Positions 52,601 to 61,250 of a stretch of 64,000 nucleotides of DNA are shown in pieces. The translations under genes and the position numbers were made by a program. Within the stretch, counting starts at the first letter, position 1, and every line of letters starts with the position of its first letter. The stretch is from the IMG/VR virus record IMGVR_UViG_3300021960_000043, positions 1 through 64,000 of that record. One strand, given 5' to 3'. This stretch comes from a virus. The notes below the pieces were generated by a model, which saw only the letters and a list, made by a program, of their open reading frames with translations, had not been told where the DNA came from and searched no databases.

Positions 52601-55600
52601 GACAACGCAACATAACCCAGTAAATCACCCATTGTATGAAGAATACGGTTGGGAACACTTTGATGAAGAATCAGGTGAGAGTAAGATTGGTGGTTTCAAC
52701 ACCAACAGTTTAGATTCTGCTTACGAACTACATGACAGGATGCTTTTATTCCATGTGTGTAAAGTCGGTGTTGGACACACTCATCGTTACCCAACTGCTT
52801 ATGCACACGCTGTTACAAATACTGTGGGTGGTGGTGTTGTTAATCAGGCTCTAACTGTATCTTCTTTCTCTAGCGGTACGTTAACAGCGAGTGCTACAAT
52901 AGATACAACAATTTTTGCTGCTGACTTCGGCACTAAAGAAGAAGATGATAACAGGCGTTACATTAGAGTATACAACGCTAGTGGTGAAAGCGGTCTAGCA
53001 TCCTACACAGGTGTTAGTGGAACTACGTTTACAACAGTCAAAGGGGATGCAAACTTCGTATCACTTGTAGCGAAAACCGACACACTAACGATAGTGCCAT
53101 CCTATCCTATTCCAGCGGGCTCTGCTAGATTCTATGCAGCAAACAGATTACGCGACCACGCAGAAGTGAGTGGTAACTCTCCTGATATGGCACACACAAA
53201 ATACGTTGACGGTAGTGAAACGCCATATCAAAGATACTCAAAACCAATAATGACACCTATGGCTTATCCTAGAATGGGGCATCACTATGTCAATGCAACA
53301 CAACCTATGCTACCCGGTCATTGGGCGCACCCTGCATATCAATCACTTTACAAGAAACACAGGTTTGAACAATCGGTAAACATTGGAAGAAAAGACAGTA
53401 AGACAATGAAAGACGCTGTTGTTGCATCATCTGAAGAAGTACCTGTAAAGGCTGATTTATCAATAGGAGACAGCCTTAACCCTGTGGAAGCAGAAGTTGT
53501 GTTTGGCTCTCTAAACGCTGCACCGAGTCCACCATCCGATTTACATGGCGGTGCGTTCACACTAATGTTTGAAACATCTGTGAAGTGGGATGGTTACGGT
53601 GTGTTAGCAAGTTTGGGTAATGCTGGTGTTATCAATAAAGCAGGTGGACATAGGATTGTGTTGGCCGCCGCTGCTAACTATACACTAGCAAATCATTTCC
53701 CTGACCCATCGGAAGTCGGTGCTTACCAAATAGTCATACAACCAAACATGTTTAGGGGGCAATTCGGCGGCGTTATAGAAAGTGAGAGTTATGCATTTAC
53801 AGGTCAACAAGTAAACACAGTAATTGGTATTAAAAAATACGATAGTGAGTTTGGTGGTTTAGTGTTAATACTAGCAAAAGCGACACAATTTGATTGTAGA
53901 GGTTGTGAAGTATTCGTAAATGAGTTGATGTTAGACGTATCTCCTGATTTTGGTAGTCAATTTACAAAAATACCACCTCTATTACTTTACAATTCATATG
54001 GTGTTAACTTAAATGAAACCCCATCGTTCACTAGAAGGAACTTCCCATACTCCCCAATGATGGTGAAGTCAACACCTTCACACACACTTAACGTGCCGTG
54101 GTGGTCTATATTGTTTGGAAAGATAGATAGTAGCACAGAATTAATTACAGATAATTCAAATTACATGGGATTGTCTCAATATGCACCTCATAATTATGAA
54201 GTGTTTGCAAAAAGTACCTATGGAAGTGTCGGACATATATTAGGAATGCAAGGGCATAATACAAAATACCCAAATATATATTCAAGTATATTAGAAAATA
54301 CATCTCCAATTGCAAAAAGTATAGTAGCAACTAAGACAAGTAATGGTGAGTTTACTGTAAATGATGGTAGTGGATTTCCCGCTAATCCTCAATTTGGACA
54401 AGAAATATACTATACAGCAGCAAATGGTAGGGTTTATTCTACTACATATACCCGCACAGGGTATGCAACAGACGGTATTAATTTAAGAAATACCTTTAAT
54501 GTAACTAATAGTAGTCAATTTTATTCTAATTTAACTACAGGTGTTACAATATATCTAAGTACAAATTATAATTCATATACTTCTAAGCAATATAGTAATG
54601 ATAAAACTATATCTAATTATGCAAAAACAATTAGTACATTATCTTCAGGTAGTAGAGATACAAATACATTACACCCGCCTGATGCATTCTTATGTTTATG
54701 GAGTCATAATTTAGGTAGACCTATGACATATTTCTCAGATACTAGAAGTGCTTGGGATAGTCAACCATCAGTTCAAGCAAGATACAACGCTGTGCCTGAG
54801 CATTATGAAACAATACATTATCATTCTGCTAATTATCAAATGAGTTTTGGCCCATTTAGTTTTATGATGAAAGCACAAAAAGCATCTAATGGTGATGGAA
54901 CGGTCAATACCATAGATAACGACCTTAATACTTATGATATATCATCAGGTATTTATGGCGCTACTCTATATGGTGGTTATTGGCCTTGTGGTAGTAGAGG
55001 TGGCCCACAAGTTAGTTGTTTGGATAGTTATACACAAAGCAGCGTTTCTTGGGCGTTACCGGGTTTTGCATCTAATGTGACAATGAATTGGGAAGATGAA
55101 GGTTGGAATAGTCTTAACAACATATACACAAGAACAACAGGTCTTACCACAAGAATTAGTAATGATACAGTTAGAAGAAACTTCGGCTATAGAGTTGGAT
55201 TAAAACAAGCATACAACCGCCCTGCTTGGGGCATTATACCTGCTCGCGGCGCTTTAGAAAAAACCGCCACAGGTTCTGCATACAACACTACTAGTTACGA
55301 TTCAGGGCCGATAGTGCAAATAGAAACACATGGTAATCTTTCATCCAAATATAATGGGATTTTAGGCCGTTTAAGCAACTTTACAGGTATGTTAAACTCA
55401 GATGTGCAAGGTGAACAAGTGCGTTACGCACAAGGCACAAGGATGACTAGACCGTTTGGTGTGCCTGTAAGAACACTATCTAACAAGAGTACAGTTGAAA
55501 GAGATTGGTGGGGTGATGTAGAAGGTTTGGAAATCACAGATTTGGCGTTAGCATCCAAACATTACCTAGTAGATTGGTGGGGTAACGATAGGGGTGAAGA

Positions 55601-57098
55601 TGTGAGAAAATCACCTGTGCGTGGATTCGGTATTAGACCTGCTTGGGATTGCGGTAACGCATACAAAGAAGGCACTAACACACCGTTTGATAGAGTGTGG
55701 AATAGTGGCTCTCCGTTATTCAATGTGAAGAACATACTCAACAGCAGCGGTCAAGTTAGCATCACTAACAGTAAAACAATACCGCGTTTTGGCGGTGTTG
55801 TAAATGATGCAAATAACGATAGTAGTAGCACCTTAGTGGATGTGTTTGCACCATTCCATTCTTTGAGAGTGGGTGATATGGGTAACGGTAGAGGTGTTAG
55901 ATACCCGACTTTCTTCAACCAATGTGTGTATACCGATGTTAGTCAGGCTGTGGTTAACACAGGTTTGGTTCTAAGCAAGCACACATCTGAACCGTTGTTT
56001 GGTGAGGGTTTGTTACGCCCCCGTAACGCTGTACTGCAAGCCGATGAAGTCAAGAGAGGTATAAGCAATTCACTCAATTTATCAGATGATGGTTTGTTGA
56101 AACCCGAAGCAACGGTCAGTAGTAGAACAGAAACAATAAGCGGAAGTTCACAACACGTTGATGCAATCAGTAGAACAAGCCCAAGAATCGGTATTGATGC
56201 ACCGTTGTTTGACACAACCGAAGAAAACTTTGTTGCTCTAAACAGCGAAGCACATAGTCTACATACAGATAGAAACGTAGGTCAAAGAGTTGTGTTGCAA
56301 AACGCATTCAAGAGAAACAGTAACAGCACAACTAACGATTTCATCACACCTACGTCTTTCACTAGACAACCGGGTGGCTCTCCACAATCAGCAATATTGA
56401 GATTTAGCCACACTAACGTATTCCGTAGTTATGGCGGTTCTTACATCTTAGAAGCAAAGAATTATTCGACTATAGTTGATGATAGTGGTTGGGGTAGAGA
56501 CAACATAGCATCACCTAGTAAATCAAGTAATCCTTATCAAAACTCAGTTAAGAAAAACAACAATCGAGCAAACAATGAAACTGATAAGTCAGTAAGATTC
56601 TTACTAAGACCGATTAGAGTGTTGGATAATAAACACGTTGAATTGTATAGAATGAACGACCAATTACATTCTGATAGTCCTCAAGAAGTTGACACGGAGA
56701 AATCTTACTACGCTGTCACATCAGGTAACAAATATGGGTTGTTTAACTATGAAGTAGATACACCTTCCACATCATCATTCTATGTGGGTGGTACAGCAGG
56801 TGCAAATGCAAACGGGCCGTATTATCCTGTGGTGTTGTTTGATGATGCTTCTTTCACAAATACTCGTTCAACAGGTCCAACAATACCAACTAGTGAATCT
56901 TCAAACTTCACCACAAATGTCAAACAAACTGTTGCTAGACTTATTGTAACAGAAAACACATTACAACATCACCGTTCTGATTCTGTAAGAAAAGGTGATT
57001 TCACAGTCCAACCAAGATTCTCTCAAACGCTGCATCCTAAAGGACACAAAGGAGATGTAAGTTTCAACACAGACGACCACACAGGTGATGCAACATGA
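40692..57098 (+). CDS. Giant (~5,470 aa) tail tip/adhesin protein with N-terminal LamG/concanavalin-like domain
   Basis: HAFFFDGISDSIVVP (upstream of the called GTG), HVVATFYGNKIEIYVNG, IFIGGKGGEFRGVIE; uninterrupted 16-kb ORF. Confidence 0.8.
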   Translation: MTLIGTSNHAFFFDGISDSIVVPQGYFSSIGNKNIDSEHDIRSLLNAKAKGGIESVTSGLYSRHIAIESWLMPDFGGVVVEKRNQFSLKVGEVHEAAPIVFTVSLLNKGRVEEHTIETGYHDGSRYVGAIYPKTESSGIFNTQPSDLNRNHRELIHVVATFYGNKIEIYVNGILMAHKTLNNPDYILNVSEENIFIGGKGGEFRGVIESLHLAANFRPQMINPSVPLKGEDTLLLYRFEEPITVFDDVFKLTSSASSGATTINIGTTAAAKLATLLKGVSVTSGTIDFTQSPFSSGNYKVIQSTSSGITKHDVAHVPYNLLLRPGGYDYTTKKPNGSPPERVRLKSINVDTGVLTIASIHLDFNTANNGARGLLHVHTTDSRLVVVGADLLIDSGTGKPYQPPHYSSRAIDRTGQMVIDESTYEQHGFVYSSRMALSTTDTDNPYAATWPTTISTDFSIGHSGRHINNHVEGHHYLRKFPKANEEILDSQSDGSADLISAIYDVPLDGMKEQLSINSKVDLYKEIGDYTVIDFVNSSTVSSIYSNYELTSSPGSGVQEIIAIGGSGFNYTPFLLKSPVISPTATPNENTRSHHLRPSKESRVALLHVPVLASTYNLAPYVQIHYNAIDLTGASMNSSNSSVPLLMVEKMIPSGTTVIAEGVFLFETIKTALNSGDLTLYAPGGCILLDSGENANARDLLEVHALSSDSSEGYDADTLLDESNTPPNLTPYVGDTLVNTPPSIITDSTSKTTQHDSSFHRMMFETVKSTKSLGDYSDYKTMDVVATNSSAEPDTIVTSSSSPVFESFDIIDNVSIADTHADTMLIVQPSQRSRFYQLKNVKSQRNTLDNPNIISLHYLLSRGRLRSVDETKEDEGASYTTIQAIGLQNSLSGRNVSFTGSGSNDSHIVKEIEPNAPVVSVTLGGVGQGAVDTKPTFLESEFSREPYSTRRDYVVTAIKYDATNKRIYVNPINNNSANMKSWGTFGFPKAGKIYFEDGSHAKYDFKASTYFEFSTATAGSSDFVSGGREYTEIYQLLQSRNLLSGVTSSTTGDLSITAVISSEPDFGVESQIEDGTTVNDRMFHSLNDVSQDYQLGTQYASTRALVEIPFFANQFFDNESVGTLVDGDNSFKIHLDATNTAHTYNPSPVGRRPKSVEQTDREALSAYAHAIENNTYISSAKVLSYDGTITITVDDANIFPDANSSDIGTDFRNIGGNGQVLRNRRAFTKTGEWVVYTDVDYSANTLTVTDGDYFSSVNFFNELENNEGDLRLYVGQTLPTELIEPIGSDKSTPSADFESRSEYYHDQASMMTQGGNVDYGLRQYVSAIEIKAGPESNPHAEKVTTKRAKGDIQSIRSFGASDVNTVVVSLSPDDLLLFPSLGNRSIDDFTLGTGELFYEATIDYNGTDYKFHYYGHLEEINNYDNTGAAAVSSDIAKNSIVLVYYTSGTYPTATPTATSGLDWVDFIGSEVKLTGRKRRVFFDEYVNNATGSVLQFENEKNPLYSELIANTKFSSGLVWASTSSKTITVTNTTTSKSLNDYFDMNFKEGDLLFFKYSGSISSVNKDEIGYLGVVDYVTGGTSITLKANVPAWMREETTAQIGVAVNDFNDFDAVLNSSWLHPYCNGGLRQGDTVWANMSYSNPHAMEGLFSKSRGIHNEGLVWKGFNGGEGSLDATNPRDSIPMENFLIGDTCIETARNLAQHINKTVEENYKSLGLNDVITADSFIVGKKYKIVSTGDTTFTSIGAIDNEVNTTFTATGVGSGTGTATQLDAPTVAFVDPYLAGENHARVLLYDAEHDREYIAFQDIHMQVQSSAETTKIGWDRNVVEGTNTSSTDLVKRLPEINGAAAHGYTTQIDVANGYPSQNKFIRSTQQSKFIESAYAHDLANKQTDDLIYSTLYDDTVRQNNFSRLYGKAHGHHVHVGLSITGNADGYAYSFSTPLRNNESVASWKIANSYHVLNRKLTNGFIDGLSKNISDSLRDRGTFFDTPDGTRVIPAFLCLKGIRAESLDLSDARMKLLPQWTQMDFVRRLTISTGEVAESESVVDVESAVNEIVRKINQYGALQARLSNGASAHDPSPFWDSDKAFANQDRGSHMGYLRAHIGRSVEDRQGNQGHTIVIHSTVPGATGRNFCVWLDNSTSQTSYNPQFLVGHGGRWRNFWALPEEKQGENMHPAPMPLDKNGRPFAPITTLRQYIQSDESGEDVLSVADFGASKNTDLLALSDVLSGKNHNSVNPDSFDLEASATIVEGLKTGTAAIGRVNFGGLVATGVPGFSPKAGLYGFGKRGDTTFANRYGVSDIADNDYTSHISTSSLDEENIGSQNIYGLQLKDHKNNTYGVRYIYSKLGRSFSNENTILPDTFRDEVQVYFDDSSNEEGGFTIGKHMRGTGDATGRLSSSLTASDWRGNRWNAVPSPNLGVKLSFVVSGNNVTVDDGNGSGTGYITPYTSSDFTHPDKLGYLGFPKENGVFQTTKVASGSTEGDVTSYEYRIGDTFYNCTNAPATGDYIVSPTMNWTTLVTDELLAAVTAFAINSSFNSNNDVIDYIPFDCTSMYAADGRTFGEHGVRRDAIRIKSSKQISKMFSASTHKDFGIQAAHLEFGEVRKAEVDTDGNWTFGTSRAPSNTQVDTGRSVDCGYIPSTILRVKTKFCGPNSNTVTPIIVGSDNKPINTSRWKKNLSGEDYVDVSGDKILPKIDNPIVRTDVSQSSHWNHQHVILTNDMYHFLKPATDYTSSDSSASHIQPFGERKNIYINKDTYVTAEAFVGDNTTHTLNNTIRWTANSEINWPSSVVDAFLHLHLSQEFDGIRSLGSVLSEPIVHFKGGKSSPDHSVPLFFGGGFSGVVLDVNDGSMNDYSDFYTHPYSNGPTGTAGIQNANEISTSFAMLDCNAIFSFFPGAALCNQHRGSPLPPVFNKQNVLSTDLDRGGTLCDTNGVVKAKPVPLVLRFPHPTARYEDYKNDVDNKTTYLVFGPGQAFPFHNERTTSNGETTNPTEPHPGRVVTTGNGWNKVPYYDDRFHNQINNKDTGNSWKAYRPRLKSNYLAEAMYHWRCVINWESPAGYSLGRTHRQYPSHGRNYGQMIDVDTTYDNRTQPLGYTPFIGYGIATAADTVFHMDGGFHPGGHWMDEIITFNPPKQTTEKISVSGYSEINPTAFRVGAAMVTAYIDWTQTTNLATTDVDTEYIVVDGTRCQNGEELASVISSAINSFPGKGALKSIGGTHHPSMGTSNRQDRYGWVDVANPNFTDSTCDTTSGDATVTMDSTAELFVSMSVSGTGIPSGATISSITNSTTFELSANATASNTNTTLVFGTVNSSITTMGDMWIESAETTDQDMLNNLPASGWLRASTTTSPAYACYYMKQVIPGSGSNFKARFYFAPNQFRGSVSSTADKKTLRGFFHDNGAVTPATDDKLWVWSKTGVIRFNNENASTRDHMTQVHFSGIVDAIDRTKPIGAVGWHGERYSYLNSLKVGTEGYAAGLGAYHPFLNFTPYGTASTVMNVYGSLPLIAPLTDSPESGAIINDGETTVATRKSYISTPYTSNTFTTAAASLRNYDYTDPKNTTQRSVKPPNYVFSYANTDTNSVMEDSLHHPQGVYSSAFLVVSYESELSMVAKHDRDGVDAFGDWLYAKHGTSADISDGGTTKWDERFHGQDRFIAPANAGPNVEALIVDGTQVPQGTVGSNWIDSLFPPASGDFVHLHSAVSNDLSLHNAVPGFKATGDLLYDLDHSVGSFNLQASGVERNVSEDYHSSTYTSLLHGDANKFWMSDINGYQTYKNSPVKNFTVENVVWKRMDGGNLSLPAINARGMGAVPFVTRVKNNTAYLTGEKIYGNVRFSFETTNSVMMPTIEAQELKQPGLPNYKVNNVLQIPNEEIQFQEITVVDDSGKEHTIEGGSPFGTVIRCFDVKRGKPSLANSGEAPNLAVRLPNPDSIPGNIVVRSGFDPIQAYQNETLGAGGMQHPGKGSTRLGELFERTTQHNPVNHPLYEEYGWEHFDEESGESKIGGFNTNSLDSAYELHDRMLLFHVCKVGVGHTHRYPTAYAHAVTNTVGGGVVNQALTVSSFSSGTLTASATIDTTIFAADFGTKEEDDNRRYIRVYNASGESGLASYTGVSGTTFTTVKGDANFVSLVAKTDTLTIVPSYPIPAGSARFYAANRLRDHAEVSGNSPDMAHTKYVDGSETPYQRYSKPIMTPMAYPRMGHHYVNATQPMLPGHWAHPAYQSLYKKHRFEQSVNIGRKDSKTMKDAVVASSEEVPVKADLSIGDSLNPVEAEVVFGSLNAAPSPPSDLHGGAFTLMFETSVKWDGYGVLASLGNAGVINKAGGHRIVLAAAANYTLANHFPDPSEVGAYQIVIQPNMFRGQFGGVIESESYAFTGQQVNTVIGIKKYDSEFGGLVLILAKATQFDCRGCEVFVNELMLDVSPDFGSQFTKIPPLLLYNSYGVNLNETPSFTRRNFPYSPMMVKSTPSHTLNVPWWSILFGKIDSSTELITDNSNYMGLSQYAPHNYEVFAKSTYGSVGHILGMQGHNTKYPNIYSSILENTSPIAKSIVATKTSNGEFTVNDGSGFPANPQFGQEIYYTAANGRVYSTTYTRTGYATDGINLRNTFNVTNSSQFYSNLTTGVTIYLSTNYNSYTSKQYSNDKTISNYAKTISTLSSGSRDTNTLHPPDAFLCLWSHNLGRPMTYFSDTRSAWDSQPSVQARYNAVPEHYETIHYHSANYQMSFGPFSFMMKAQKASNGDGTVNTIDNDLNTYDISSGIYGATLYGGYWPCGSRGGPQVSCLDSYTQSSVSWALPGFASNVTMNWEDEGWNSLNNIYTRTTGLTTRISNDTVRRNFGYRVGLKQAYNRPAWGIIPARGALEKTATGSAYNTTSYDSGPIVQIETHGNLSSKYNGILGRLSNFTGMLNSDVQGEQVRYAQGTRMTRPFGVPVRTLSNKSTVERDWWGDVEGLEITDLALASKHYLVDWWGNDRGEDVRKSPVRGFGIRPAWDCGNAYKEGTNTPFDRVWNSGSPLFNVKNILNSSGQVSITNSKTIPRFGGVVNDANNDSSSTLVDVFAPFHSLRVGDMGNGRGVRYPTFFNQCVYTDVSQAVVNTGLVLSKHTSEPLFGEGLLRPRNAVLQADEVKRGISNSLNLSDDGLLKPEATVSSRTETISGSSQHVDAISRTSPRIGIDAPLFDTTEENFVALNSEAHSLHTDRNVGQRVVLQNAFKRNSNSTTNDFITPTSFTRQPGGSPQSAILRFSHTNVFRSYGGSYILEAKNYSTIVDDSGWGRDNIASPSKSSNPYQNSVKKNNNRANNETDKSVRFLLRPIRVLDNKHVELYRMNDQLHSDSPQEVDTEKSYYAVTSGNKYGLFNYEVDTPSTSSFYVGGTAGANANGPYYPVVLFDDASFTNTRSTGPTIPTSESSNFTTNVKQTVARLIVTENTLQHHRSDSVRKGDFTVQPRFSQTLHPKGHKGDVSFNTDDHTGDAT

Positions 57099-58495
57099 CT
57101 TTGATAGAACCTGCTAACGGGGCTTTCACCGAATCTCCAAATGAGATTATGTATGATGTTAGAAAACCTGTGTTTGTAGACAACGCACTTCATTTAGGAA
57201 AATACGAATCACAAAAACTAGGTTTGCCAAAGGTAAGTTTTACCGCAACACCACACACATTGGCTACTGAAAAGAAATACAGCGTTGTTGAAGAGCAATC
57301 GTCAATGTTATTATCCCACAACAAAACAGCAGGGCATACATCTAAAGTTAGCGTTTATTCCCCTAGTGGTGTTAACACAACATCTAGATTGCTATATGAC
57401 TCTAATGATGTAAGTAAAAGGCTCTATAGAGATACTGTAGAAAATCTTCCTGAGCAAATTAGACTCAATTTATCCAACATGGAAAATCAAACATTTGCTG
57501 ATTTAGGGTTGAGTAACACATTCCATCTAGGCCAACCCGTTGACGTTGGACTAAGAACTAGTGATTTAGCACTAGAGTTAGCATCTGAGGTTGATGGTGT
57601 ACTATCTTCCGTATCAATAGGCACACCTTTGACTGTAACAAACGCAGATTCACAAAGGAGAAAACACAGTAACACTTTCTCAGCCTTTAATTTCAATAAC
57701 TTCAATCTGATGGTCGCTCTAAAGATTCTTTCAAGAAGAGACAATAGAGTTTTAGAGTTTGATAACTTTGGTAATCTATTGTTTGTACCATTTAACTTTT
57801 CTAAACAACATCACAGAGTATACAAAGATTTACGATTTGGCCCTGAGAAGAATAACCCTATAGATGACACTTTGAATAGAGTAACTGTCAAAGGTAGCGT
57901 TATTGCTTTGAATGACAAGAATATTGTAACACTTAACGATGGTGGTAGACAAAAAGGCCGCTTCAATAGTAACGTCATAGAAAATACAACCCCAATAGTG
58001 GATTTGTCTTTAATGGGTCATAATGAAGTAAGTAAAGCAGCAAGACAGATTTTGAAGGCTAATAATTTACTTAGCAAATCAATAGAGACAAAAGGCCATC
58101 CTGATTTGTGGTATCTAAGACCGGGAGATGTAATGATGTATGGTGAGAAAAGATATGTTATTATGGAAGCACAACATAGTTTAACAAATAGAATGAGTGA
58201 TTTTAATTTGCTTTCATTACAAGCGGGTATAGAAAATATATTACAATCTATTGATGAGAGTGCTGTAAGTTCAATTGATGTGAAGAGTGAAAATCTGAAA
58301 GAGCAAATAATTAAAGAAAATCTCAATTTCTTTGATGAAATTAGAGTAACCACTAAAGTCAACATAATCACAAATATTGTGGAGGATGCTAAGTTAATTT
58401 TAGGTGGTAATTCCAATAGAGTTGGTTTAGGGGCAAGTGCTAAAACAATCGGAATGAATAAGAGTGTTCCCTTAGTGGATGTAGGTGATGAATAA
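57095..58495 (+). CDS. Putative tail hub/baseplate (Tal/gp27-like) protein
   Basis: FDNFGNLLF, NRVTVKG, LRPGDV..YVIMEAQHS pattern. Confidence 0.55.
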   Translation: MTLIEPANGAFTESPNEIMYDVRKPVFVDNALHLGKYESQKLGLPKVSFTATPHTLATEKKYSVVEEQSSMLLSHNKTAGHTSKVSVYSPSGVNTTSRLLYDSNDVSKRLYRDTVENLPEQIRLNLSNMENQTFADLGLSNTFHLGQPVDVGLRTSDLALELASEVDGVLSSVSIGTPLTVTNADSQRRKHSNTFSAFNFNNFNLMVALKILSRRDNRVLEFDNFGNLLFVPFNFSKQHHRVYKDLRFGPEKNNPIDDTLNRVTVKGSVIALNDKNIVTLNDGGRQKGRFNSNVIENTTPIVDLSLMGHNEVSKAARQILKANNLLSKSIETKGHPDLWYLRPGDVMMYGEKRYVIMEAQHSLTNRMSDFNLLSLQAGIENILQSIDESAVSSIDVKSENLKEQIIKENLNFFDEIRVTTKVNIITNIVEDAKLILGGNSNRVGLGASAKTIGMNKSVPLVDVGDE

Positions 58496-58839
58496 TGGCC
58501 GTTAATGATTATCTAAAACGACTCATAGTAGAAACGATAGCCAATAACATCAATGAAGTTATAATTGGATTTGACAACACACCCCCTACAAGTAGTGATG
58601 GGAGTGCTGGTAGACCTGCTATTACAGTAACACCAACTGTTAAGATTTTAGACAATTCATCTATACTAGTGGAAGCCGAAATACCTATCACAGAAAAGTT
58701 CGATGAAACGCTAAAAGAAGTATACATTCAAATGAAAGACAGCACAGGCTTTACACCTGTGAGTCGCCACGTTTTCAGACCCGTTGTGAAAGATGACAAC
58801 ACAGAAATGAAAATACAGATTCTATATGAGGTGAGTTAA
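58495..58839 (+). CDS. Small baseplate or fibre-anchoring protein
   Basis: 114 aa; LKEVYI...RHVFRPVVKD pattern as in fibre-attachment domains. Confidence 0.55.
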   Translation: MAVNDYLKRLIVETIANNINEVIIGFDNTPPTSSDGSAGRPAITVTPTVKILDNSSILVEAEIPITEKFDETLKEVYIQMKDSTGFTPVSRHVFRPVVKDDNTEMKIQILYEVS

Positions 58840-61250
58840 TGTCCAATCCGCTAAAAACACACACAGACAATTTACAAGATGGAGACTTTATTTTCTCATC
58901 CTCGCTAACTAACATGCTAGAAGGTGTTCATGGTAATGGTATACTGTTGTTAGAGGACTACGCTGTAGGTGAATCTAGAAGAGTTACACCATCTGCTTTA
59001 CCGGGTGCGATTGCTTATGCTAGTGCTAACACTATAACAATCAAAGGTGGTCATGGTGTTCTTGATGGTACATTGATAGATTTTGCTGGTGGTTATAGTA
59101 GTAATACACCCAACACGTTAACTCTTGACTTAGATAATTCAAACTATGGTTCTGCTTTAACTTCAGGACAACAATGCCTATTCGTAATCTATGTTACAAC
59201 TGATAACTCTTCAGGTGTTAATAGAATTGGTGTTGAAAGAAGTAGTGCGGGTGCAAGTTTTCCTAATACACCAACTGATTTCTTGGATGAAGGAGGCTCT
59301 CTAGATGTAGACCAAACCTTTGTTTTAGGTGTAGTGAAGGCTGTTCACGCTGCTAATTCGACAACCATGCAGATAGACATAGAAAGTGATTCTAACATTT
59401 ATGACCTAAGAAGTTACGTTAGACCATCACCTTTGTATTTAGGGAGAATGTCAACAGGTACTGTTGGTGCTACTGCTAGTGATGCTAATAGAATCAACAG
59501 CCATACTGACCTTGACGGTGTACATGGTGGTGGAACAGAAAATGGTACTTTTTCAGCATCTAAGTTAGGTGGCCTATGGATGGGTGCTGATGAGAGTGAC
59601 AATGATGTGTTATTCTTCTCAGGTTATCAAGATTCAACAAGAAGAACACATAGACTTGGGCCTAACTTGGTTTTAGTTCAGGCTAATTCAGACGACATAA
59701 CATTTCAATTTGATGATTACAATTACTTCATATTAACGCCATCAGGAGACATTAATCTCACGGCTGATACAAACGATTCCGCTTTTCCGCCCGGTCATAC
59801 TATCTTTGTGTCTAACAAACATGCTAGTAATGCAGTAACATTTGTAACTTCAACTACCCCTAGTAGTTACTCTATTGGAGGTAACACTAGTGCTGTATTT
59901 GTTTTTGATGGTGCTAATTGGCAACAAACCATGCTTTCCTCAACAGCAACCACGACATCTAGTGGTACATCAGGGCTAGTGCAATTATCTGATGGTGCAA
60001 GTGGCTTCACTAGCGACTCTACATTTAGTTTCAACACCACATCGAATAAATTAACAGTTACAGGTGATGTTAGTATTACAAATCTGTTAAGCGACCCTAA
60101 AGCGATAGAGTTTACACCACATAGTAGTAACTTAGGAGGAACAGCAAATCAAACACTATGGATGGATAGCGGTGATTCAAATAAACTAAAATTGGGTAAT
60201 GATATTATTCTTCATAGTGGTAATACAACTAGTGCTAGTTACAGTTTTGCGGGTCTATCAGATACACCTGCTAACTTCGACAGTGCTTCTAATAAGTTCC
60301 TTCAAGTCAATAATGGTGATGGGACTGATGGAACTGCTGTAGAGTTTGGTACTATAGTTGAGGGCGATTTACCCACCACACTACCTAGTGTAACTTCTAT
60401 TGGTTCTAATGGAATTACTCTCACAGCAGCAGGTAATGTATTGATTAATGGTACGTTGGAAGTGTCAGGTGGTACAACAACTATCAGTTCAACAACCATT
60501 ACAGTTGATGACAAGAATATTGAATTAGGTTCTGTGGATTCACCTGACGATAGCACCGCAAACGGTGGTGGTATAACACTCAGGGGTGCTGGTGATAAAA
60601 CAATTTCATGGAGTAGCACCACAGGTGCTTGGGAGTTTAACAAGGGTGTATTTCCAAGTGGAAACAACACGTTAGATTTAGGTAGCAGTTCAGTAAAATG
60701 GGCTAACGGTTATTTCACCACAGTACACGGTGCTGGTAATTTCACTACAATAGCGGCTTCAGGTGATGTGGCTATCAATACTAATGACTTCGTGGTAGAT
60801 ACTGATGGGTCTAATCCCGCTAAAATCGGTATCAACCAAGCAACACCACTAGCCCCCTTACAAATAGCAAATGTCGGTTATGGTGAAGCCACAGGTTCTA
60901 TTACTTATACTAATAACAACGGTGATGGTAGTTCAGACGACCATATGGACATTATTCTTTACCCTATTGCTAACTTCAGGTCAGGTAAACTCTTGATAGA
61001 GTTTGATGGTGAAGATACAATTAATGGTGGTGGTAATAGAGTCTTTGAAACAGCCGAGGCTGTTGTAACCCATGATGGTGCAAATGCATCCATCACAGTA
61101 TACGGTTTAGTCCAATCCAACTCCGACGAAACTTTACAAGGTATCTACGATACCAAGATAGAAGGCGGTAATTTGATATTGGTGGTTACACCGCAGGTTA
61201 CAGGAATAGACTGCGATGTTAGAGTAAGTTGGCAAGCGATGGTGGCATAA
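58839..61250 (+). CDS. Tail fibre protein 1
   Basis: Ser/Thr/Gly-rich; TITVDDKNIELG..GGGITL module; C-terminal RSGKLLI..EAVVTHDG..TVYG domain. Confidence 0.75.
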   Translation: MSNPLKTHTDNLQDGDFIFSSSLTNMLEGVHGNGILLLEDYAVGESRRVTPSALPGAIAYASANTITIKGGHGVLDGTLIDFAGGYSSNTPNTLTLDLDNSNYGSALTSGQQCLFVIYVTTDNSSGVNRIGVERSSAGASFPNTPTDFLDEGGSLDVDQTFVLGVVKAVHAANSTTMQIDIESDSNIYDLRSYVRPSPLYLGRMSTGTVGATASDANRINSHTDLDGVHGGGTENGTFSASKLGGLWMGADESDNDVLFFSGYQDSTRRTHRLGPNLVLVQANSDDITFQFDDYNYFILTPSGDINLTADTNDSAFPPGHTIFVSNKHASNAVTFVTSTTPSSYSIGGNTSAVFVFDGANWQQTMLSSTATTTSSGTSGLVQLSDGASGFTSDSTFSFNTTSNKLTVTGDVSITNLLSDPKAIEFTPHSSNLGGTANQTLWMDSGDSNKLKLGNDIILHSGNTTSASYSFAGLSDTPANFDSASNKFLQVNNGDGTDGTAVEFGTIVEGDLPTTLPSVTSIGSNGITLTAAGNVLINGTLEVSGGTTTISSTTITVDDKNIELGSVDSPDDSTANGGGITLRGAGDKTISWSSTTGAWEFNKGVFPSGNNTLDLGSSSVKWANGYFTTVHGAGNFTTIAASGDVAINTNDFVVDTDGSNPAKIGINQATPLAPLQIANVGYGEATGSITYTNNNGDGSSDDHMDIILYPIANFRSGKLLIEFDGEDTINGGGNRVFETAEAVVTHDGANASITVYGLVQSNSDETLQGIYDTKIEGGNLILVVTPQVTGIDCDVRVSWQAMVA

